Source of the DNA: a virus
Taxonomy: Duplodnaviria; Caudoviricetes
DNA: 64,000 nucleotides
Virus record (IMG/VR): IMGVR_UViG_2548877036_000005
Location: 14,660-78,659 of that record
Strand: one strand, 5' to 3'
The position numbers and the translations under genes were made by a program. Below, piece after piece: positions 57,150-64,000 of this stretch (positions are counted from its first letter, which is position 1; each line of letters begins with the position of its first letter). The notes below the pieces were generated by a model. It did no database searches. It had not been told where the DNA came from and saw only the letters and a list, made by a program, of their open reading frames with translations.

Positions 57150-57592
57150 GGTTCACCGCGACCCCGCCAGATGGTTGGTCTCCAATCGCGCCACATCAAG
57201 TTGGCGAAGGTGGGGCTTCTGCGGTCTGGGTGAGGGACGCTGAGCTGTACAGCGAGCGGGCTTCCACCATTACCGTTCTAGAGCGAATCGTAAGTGCTAC
57301 AGCGGATTTGGAGCAATTGGCCGATGACCTACTGAAGGTCTGGAATGAGTCGGCTATCGAGCTGACTGTCACCCGCTCCGAGCACATTTCCATGGGGACT
57401 TACGGCATGGACGTCGAGTACACGGCCCCCGATGTGCAGGCGTTGCTGCGGAAGACGTACCTTTCGATGGCAATCCCTTCCACAAAAGGCAGTTACCTAC
57501 TAGAATTCGTGCTGGATACACCGTTTTACCAGCACACCTTTACACGAACGGAATTCGGGTCATTCGTAAAATCGATTACGCTCCAGCCATGA
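57146..57592 (+). CDS. Partner/immunity candidate (PsbP/LpqN-like fold suspected)
   Basis: F-x-x-x-PPDGW start, F-x-x-FV-x-SI end; GTGA overlap with the effector. Confidence 0.6.
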   Translation: MRFTATPPDGWSPIAPHQVGEGGASAVWVRDAELYSERASTITVLERIVSATADLEQLADDLLKVWNESAIELTVTRSEHISMGTYGMDVEYTAPDVQALLRKTYLSMAIPSTKGSYLLEFVLDTPFYQHTFTRTEFGSFVKSITLQP

Positions 57593-57930
57593 AGAGTCTT
57601 CGCGGTATCGCCATCCTGGCCGCAACGGCGTTCCTGGCATGCAGCTGCAACTTCCACGCCTCCACCGGCTCAGGTGGCAGCATGTCTAAGCATGATCTTG
57701 AGGGCGGCGTGGGTAGAGTGCTGACCCGCTGGGATGTGAACTACAAGTCGGTCAAATGTGACGGTGATCTACCGGCTAAGGTCGGCAAAGAGCAGACCTG
57801 CTGGGCCTACATGGATGACGGATCGAACCTGAAGATGGTTGGTGTCACCACCAAGGTTGATGGCGATGACATCAGGTATGACGTTGAGGTAGACGGTAAG
57901 GCTGCTAGTCAAGCTCACAAGATCCGCTGA
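57589..57930 (+). CDS. DUF4333-like lipoprotein
   Basis: Signal peptide with Cys lipobox; SVKCDGDLPAKVG-x-x-x-x-C. Confidence 0.8.
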   Translation: MKSLRGIAILAATAFLACSCNFHASTGSGGSMSKHDLEGGVGRVLTRWDVNYKSVKCDGDLPAKVGKEQTCWAYMDDGSNLKMVGVTTKVDGDDIRYDVEVDGKAASQAHKIR

Positions 57931-60900
57931 TATCCGCCGCAAAGTAGATTGGCTTCCCCTCGTTTGCATCCCAACTCCAGGATGGCCATACAGCCACGTT
58001 CCCGGCAGTAGTACGCCTTGGGGTGGCCGCAGGGGTTAGGGGAGTAGTCGGCTACAGGCTTCTCCCCGCTCACCACTCGTCTCCGTAAAGCTTCTCCATC
58101 ACGCAATCAGCCATATCCTCTGGATATTCATAGTACCCGTCGAATTCCGTGATTCCGGCGTGGACCAGTTGCCATTTAGGGCTGGCGGATCGTCTTGCTT
58201 TGAGTTTCGCTAGTCGTGCGCGATTGTCTAGCTCCTGGACTCTCAGTTCTTCCCAGCGGCTTATATGGGTTCCCGAGAAGTACCCCCCGTTACTGCGCGC
58301 CCGTTCAATGAGTCTGTCGAATGAACTTTCTTCACTCATCCGTACCTCTTAAACAGTCCACGTAAAGTCCCTTCCGGGAATTCCAGCGGGCAACCGCATT
58401 TGTGTCCTACACCGTCTGCGATGTGTCGGATATGCCTGTCGTACTCGTCCCAGTTGATGTAGTCAGTCATGGGCTCATTCCTCCCAGCCGTGCCACTGGA
58501 AGCATGCGTAGTAGATGACGAGGATTCCTGCCGCTAGGAACACCCATCCGACCGCGCTCATTCGGTCACCTCGACGGCAATCAACATCACCAGGAGCATC
58601 AACAGTGTGTAGCCGATGAATACGGGCCATGAATCACTCATTCGGCCACCTTGACTTCCTTAGCTCCGCATCGGCAGTAATGCCACGAATCCGAGTGAAA
58701 TGGCCGATAGGCGCAGCAGTGGACTCCAGTGTCGTCCAGGTCATCCGGGCCTGTTCCGGTGGTCCATTGGTGGTTGCAGTATGCGTCGCTCATTATCATT
58801 CGGTCACCGTCCAGCCAGACACAAAATAGAACTCGGCGCGAACGGTCTGCGGCTGGGCAGCGGCGCATCGGAGGGCTTGCCACTTTGCGCACTCGGTTAC
58901 CAGCTCCCCGTCACCGATATAGTGTGCGGCCCATTTCTGCGTGAGTCCTCCAAGGGCTTTATCCACCTCGGCGGCGTACGCTTCGGCACGGCGTTGCGCG
59001 AACAGTTCATCCGGGTATCGCATGTCGGCGTAGATGAGCGGCTTCAAGACTTCCGCTATGAGCTTCTGCGCGTCCGAAGGTTCGTCACTCATCGCTCTAG
59101 TTCCTCTGTGGGATAGATCAAGGGGGCGAGGTCGGCCAACACTGCGAGTGCTATTGCGGCAGCCGGTGTCGGGGACTGCTCCAGCACGGCCACCCATTCG
59201 CCGTGCTTTTCCCGTATCGGCCTCAAAGCCTCACAGGCGGCGGTCACCATCTCGCCGAATTTGTCGGGCTGCTTGATGTCGGGCTCCCAGGAGTCAGCCC
59301 GGCGTGCTGCCTCTACTGCTGGATCGGTCATAGCCAGGGCCTCTCTCCAGATTCGGTGACCAGGTCACGCATTGCCGCGTGTTTCAGCCACACGGCCCCC
59401 GGCAAGTACCAAACGTTGTTGCCGTCAACCTCCATAACAGTTATCTCTTGCATGCCCCGTGGCGTGTCAAGGTAGTAGCGGTCGCCTACTACTGGATCGG
59501 TCATGACTGAACCCGGTAGTAGGGCCATGCATCAAACACGTCGCAGTCGTCCAACTCTTCCTCGTCGGCTTCGTAGTAGTCCCGTGAGGTGTCAAACTTG
59601 TCGGTCCACCAGTCGTTGACATATTGGCCATGGGATCGGGCCGAGGCGACACTCGTCTTTGTCCACATGCGCCCGAATTTGTCGGCGAAGGTTTCATCTA
59701 CCGGGATGTCTCCAAACCGGCGATACTCGTATTCGCTCATAGTCCTAGTTCCTCACTTGGGTAGACCCGGATAGCGGCCTCAGTCATCTCGACACTCCTC
59801 ACAGTGACCACCGAGTAGGCGTCGATAGATGAAGTCGAGTTCGTCATATAGGTCGGTGGCGTCTAGCCCAGCGGGAATCTTCTCGATGTACTCCCGTATT
59901 GGCCTAGCCATCTCACGGGCAGCGGCAGCGCCGATATCACTCAGGAGTGCCTTGAATACGGGTTGCTCCATGGGCTCAGACAGGGCAGGCATTCCGTCCA
60001 AAGCCCGTTGTGCGGCGGAGATGCTTGGATCAGGCATTGTCAACCTCCTCGGGTTTATACCCGAAGCAGTCGCACACCCAACACGACAAGCGGTCCGGTC
60101 CTGCTTCACCATTGGGGGTTAGGCGCTCCCTGCTGTGCGGGCAGACGCGCTTTTGGAGGCACTGTTGCTCATACACAAGCCATTCGGCTTCAATATCTCG
60201 GCCGCTCATCTTCCACCTGCCGTGAATGCTGCCAGAACAGTGTTGTGAGTCATTTGTCACCATCCGGCTTGTACTGATAGTTGCCTTCTTGGTCCTTGGG
60301 GTTTAGGAAGTCGATACCCCTTTGAGGACCGCAAGCATTGAAGAGGTCCCTCAGATTCTCGGTACGCAGGGCGCTCTCCTCTTCGTCCTTGCGCTGCTTC
60401 GGGTTTCCCCATTCGTTGAGGCCGTCGGGAACGCTGTAGTGGACTGTCAGGTACTTGTAGTAGGCACCCTGTGGGCGCTGCTTACGGACGCGGCAGCAGA
60501 ACAGTAGGAATGCTGTGCTCTGCCCGTCGTATTCACTGCCCGACACCACCTGAACATCGGCGATGGATTGCTTAAGAATCGGCAGGTTCTCTTCGGTGAC
60601 AAGCTCGCAATCAGCTGTACCCCAGTCGAAGAGATCACTACAGTTCACCAGTACTAGAAGCTCGGTGCGCCCCTCATTCCATCTCCACCAGATTGATTCG
60701 CAGGCGTCAAACTGGGCGAGCTTCGCCACCTCGTAGAGGAGATCCTTATCGCTCATCGCCCACCTGCCGTGAATGCTGCTATAGCCTCATCACCAAAGAG
60801 GAACGCGCGTCGTCCGTGACACTTCCCGTATCGATCCACCTTGCAAACCCAGCAGCACCCATCAAGCTTGTGGATTCGATAACCTTTGCGCCTCATAGCT

Positions 60901-61430
60901 TCACCACGTCTTCTATGCGCTTCCGTATCGGAACGACGAGAAACCGCCGTCTTCATTGACTAGGAATCCAAGCGCGTCGAGTTCGGCCAACTCTTCTGCC
61001 GTATATGCGGCGGGGTTGCTCATCACGAACAACTCATCGTGTTCGCAATGAAACGGGTACGGGCCAGTCTTGTGTTTCGATAGCAGTTCTATTGCTTGTG
61101 GTAGGTCGGCCCACGCATCGTCGCTCATCGCTCCTCCGAATTACGTTCAGCCGCAGCAGCAGCGGCAAGTAGTTGGGAGGCAAAGGAGTGGGCCATGTCA
61201 ACCGTCATCGTGCGAGGCGCGCTGTGTGTAGTAATGACGCGTTCACTGGAATCCGGCAGTCGGTACCACCGGCTTACCCACTCCCACGCACGATTGTTGT
61301 TGTCATCGGCAACATGGGTTGGTAGTTCTACTACTGCGTATCCGTTGCCCGACAGGAACGCTAGAATGTCGTCAGCATCGAACGCTTCTGCATAGAGTAA
61401 GAACTCGTTAAGGCGTTCTCTCGCGCTCAT
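57915..61430 (-). CDS. Leftward array of small hypothetical genes including 58070-58339, 58638-58799, 58796-59092, 59089-59331, 59328-59504, 59501-59740, 59780-60037, 60030-60209, 60250-60756, 60753-60956, 60913-61128, 61125-61430
   Basis: Chain of ATGA-overlapping minus-strand ORFs. Confidence 0.7.
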
Positions 61431-61685
61431 TCTTTGTCTCCGTCTACTTGCAGAGCAGCCGTAACGGGCGTCTTACCGTCCTCGCACAGCCCACGGCGGC
61501 AGTGCCAGCCCGCATTCCGGTTAGTGCACTCAAAGCACCAGCACCAGCAGCCGTTCATTTCCCGCTTTCCCCTACTCCGTCCTCGCCCATTTCTTCATCG
61601 ATCTGCCTGTTCAAATCCAAGACATTTCGATCGACGGGATTAACGCTAACGGCGAGACCTTCACGGCTGGGCTGACCTGCGCGTT

Positions 61686-62054
61686 TCATACCTGCACCGA
61701 CGATTCGTGAATGATGTTCGTCGCCTGCCACGGGCAGTACGCCTGGACAGCGCCAGACATGATGATGGCCGCTTCTTCAAGGCTGTAGCCGACGTTCCTT
61801 AACCTGGTGATCGTGATCCGCCAGTTCAAGCCGGACTCAAGCTCACGACACACCCTTAAGCCCTGCGCCCTCACAAGGTCGGGGTCGTACACAACCATGG
61901 AGTGGTTCGACAGGAAGCCGTAGAACTGGCCGTCTTGGCCGGGATCGGCATCAGAGTTTGGGGATGCGATGAGCATCGCCGTGATGGCCGCGATGATGGC
62001 GGCACAAATGGTGGGGAGTGGCAGACGGGTTTCCCGCCGCCGTAGGGGTAGCAT
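61686..62054 (-). CDS. DUF732-family secreted protein
   Basis: Signal-like segment, ADP-x-x-D-x-x-F, G-x-x-VC, A-x-x-x-YCP. Confidence 0.85.
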   Translation of the reverse strand: MLPLRRRETRLPLPTICAAIIAAITAMLIASPNSDADPGQDGQFYGFLSNHSMVVYDPDLVRAQGLRVCRELESGLNWRITITRLRNVGYSLEEAAIIMSGAVQAYCPWQATNIIHESSVQV

Positions 62055-62081
62055 GACAAAGCCTTCCTTCGGGTTGGTGGC

Positions 62082-62126
62082 CCAGGTGGCCGGTCAAGGT
62101 TCCTAAGCTGTGAACCGGCCACCTGG
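62082..62126 (-). terminator. 13-bp inverted repeat downstream of lsr2
   Basis: CCAGGTGGCCGGT / ACCGGCCACCTGG. Confidence 0.6.
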
Positions 62127-62165
62127 TGGTCAATAACGATTTATTCAGTTATTTGAGAACTGTGT

Positions 62166-62504
62166 TCAGTTAGCGGCGTTGAATGCTTCAACAACCGTTT
62201 CGGGGATTCGCCCCCTGGATGAAACTTGGTGGCCGTTCTTAGCGGCCCATTCCCTGATCGCGGTGGATTGTTCCCTGTCGATTTTCGCGCGTGGCCTGCT
62301 GCTTCCGGTCCTGGCGGTGCGGCGCCTGCCGGAAACCCGCCTCGCATGTTCAACCCAGGGTTGCAGCTGCTTCCTCAGTTTCTCTGCATTCTTGGTTGAA
62401 AGATCGATTTCGTAGGTCACGCCGTCGATACCGAACTCAACCGGCCCGTCTGCGGGGGACTCATCCATGTCGTCAACGTAGGTGACGTTTACTTTCTTAG
62501 CCAC
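62166..62504 (-). CDS. lsr2: Lsr2 nucleoid-associated protein
   Basis: MAKKV ... YEIDLS ... IREWA ... VSSRGRIP. Confidence 0.96.
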   Translation of the reverse strand: MAKKVNVTYVDDMDESPADGPVEFGIDGVTYEIDLSTKNAEKLRKQLQPWVEHARRVSGRRRTARTGSSRPRAKIDREQSTAIREWAAKNGHQVSSRGRIPETVVEAFNAAN

Positions 62505-62543
62505 GTTAGGTTCCTTTCATCTGTGCTTTCGTGGTTGAAAGGA

Positions 62544-62573
62544 ACTTTAGGATCAGTGCAATGGAATTGTCAA
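62544..62573 (-). promoter_or_regulatory. SigA-like promoter of lsr2
   Basis: TTGACA-18 nt-TAAAGT on the minus strand upstream of an AAAGGA RBS. Confidence 0.65.
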
Positions 62574-62622
62574 TAAGATTCTTTTAAGAAGAGTGGATGT
62601 GTCTCTCTAGTCACAGAAATCA

Positions 62623-64000
62623 CTATTGTTGTAGTGCTTTCCGGTCGCTGAGTTCCTTCCGATCCGGTGACCATTGCCGGAAAAGGCAATCCCAAGCTTC
62701 GGGGTAAGAGGGGGCCACTACCTGCACATACCTCTTCAATTTCACTGAGAGTGTTATCTGCTCCTCGGTCCAAAGCGGTCGGTAGCAGTCGTACCACCTA
62801 TCGGCTTCTTCTCTGCATATTTCCAGTTCCGCGCTTGCGAGATCCTTGGATGCGAGAAGATGCGCCATGCCGCCATCTTGCCAGCCGACAACCACAAAAT
62901 CTGGAACAGTCCGCGCCGTCACAGGTCCCCCAGTGGAACTATCACGGAGTTGTAGTACTCCATCTGGGCTTCGTACACGGCCATAGACCTCTTGTGGGCG
63001 CCTCTTAACTGGCAGTTCCGGGCATGGGCCTGCTTGCGAAGACAACCTTCCGATTCTAAGTCTTCCGGCTCGCACCATTGGCATTCCGAGTGGTAGAAAC
63101 AGACGCTACAGACGCTTCCGCTGTGGTGATCACCATCCCAGCCATCTTCATTCCACACATGTTTCTGGTCTGGAAGGTCTTCACTCTCGTATTCAGGCTC
63201 TACAGGACGCGTAGGGGCGGGGATGAGGCGGGGATTAATGAGGTTGACCCACTCGCCTTGATCATTCCTGTAGCTGTATCCGTCGATTTTCATTGACCTC
63301 GCCTTACCTCGGCGCGCGTCGCAGGACGCCAGCCGGGACCGCCACAACCACAAGAGTTGTAGTTCAAACCAGATTCCTTAACATGAGCTACCGCACCCCA
63401 ACCAGAGTCGTCGGATTTCTTCGGTGCGTGGAAATCATGACCGGCCATCCACATGGGTTCGCGGCATGTGGGGCAGTGCACCTGATTGTGGTTCCTGGCG
63501 ACGTGTCGGTGCTTGATGCATACCCAGTGGGTTTTGTAATGGTTGAGCGCGTATCTACACATCACGCCATCCGTATCTTTCGGCCACCGTCTGCCACTCC
63601 GTAGAACCCGGAAGAATCTCTTCAAGTTTCAAATACTCATCCAACTCATCCAGTGTCATATCACCCATGTCGGTGTCCACATCCAAGTTGTGCATCCACC
63701 ACAACACTTTGTCGGTAGTGTTGATCCATTCGCCGGGTTGAATGGGTGAACCTATCCAGTAGGGGTGCATCATGAAAGCCGCCCGGAACAGTCTGTGATC
63801 ACTCATTGCCGCCCCCTTTTCGGAAAGTCTTCATGCGGCGCTGGAGAGCCCCACATCTGATAGTTGATTAGAGACACCTGGTCTAGCTCTTCCCTAAGTT
63901 CCTTCAGGCGGTAGATGAGGGTGTCTATTTTAAGGCTGATGACTTGTAGTTCACCGAGAATGTTGGCGGGGTGGCGGATGATTTCGCTCCTGTCACTCAT
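62623..64000 (-). CDS. Leftward small hypothetical genes: 62623-62868, 62919-63293, 63290-63625 (start probably nearer 63562), 63555-63806, 63803-64000
   Basis: Overlapping minus-strand ORFs, several Cys-rich. Confidence 0.65.

Noticed and set aside
1-64000. CRISPR array, integrase/att site, immunity repressor, reverse transcriptase (DGR or retron)
   Set aside because: No regular repeat-spacer array or diagnostic motifs; the lysogeny module may lie outside the window

Overview
The window is almost entirely the genome of a siphovirus-type actinobacteriophage or prophage, most likely infecting Mycobacterium (it encodes LysA plus LysB, two WhiB proteins, Lsr2, DUF732 and a WXG100-type cassette). 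From left to right: a rightward replication, nucleotide-metabolism and RNA-repair arm (DnaB, WhiB x2, PNK, resolvase, SSB, MazG-like, RNA ligase, RecA, ClpP, HAD nucleotidase, DUF5664, DnaQ-like exonuclease, three HNH proteins; 1-16.9 kb). Next is a ~2.8 kb largely non-coding RNA island with three recognisable tRNAs, several aberrant tRNA-like folds and an ~850-nt run of hairpins without a credible ORF (16.9-19.7 kb). A leftward small-gene operon follows, driven by a SigA-like, apparently leaderless promoter (19.7-23.8 kb), then a probable packaging/terminus region (~24.0-24.3 kb) and a complete head-tail-lysis operon (24.7-54.1 kb). The window ends with a compositionally distinct cassette (acyltransferase-3, WXG100-like, WXG-domain putative effector and two partners; 54.2-57.9 kb) and a leftward array of tiny genes with a self-contained Lsr2 unit (57.9-64 kb). 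No integrase, repressor, CRISPR array or rRNA is visible. All calls come from manual motif reading; no database search or folding software was run. The best candidates for something undescribed are the RNA island and the ESX-type cassette with a non-enzymatic-looking C-terminus.
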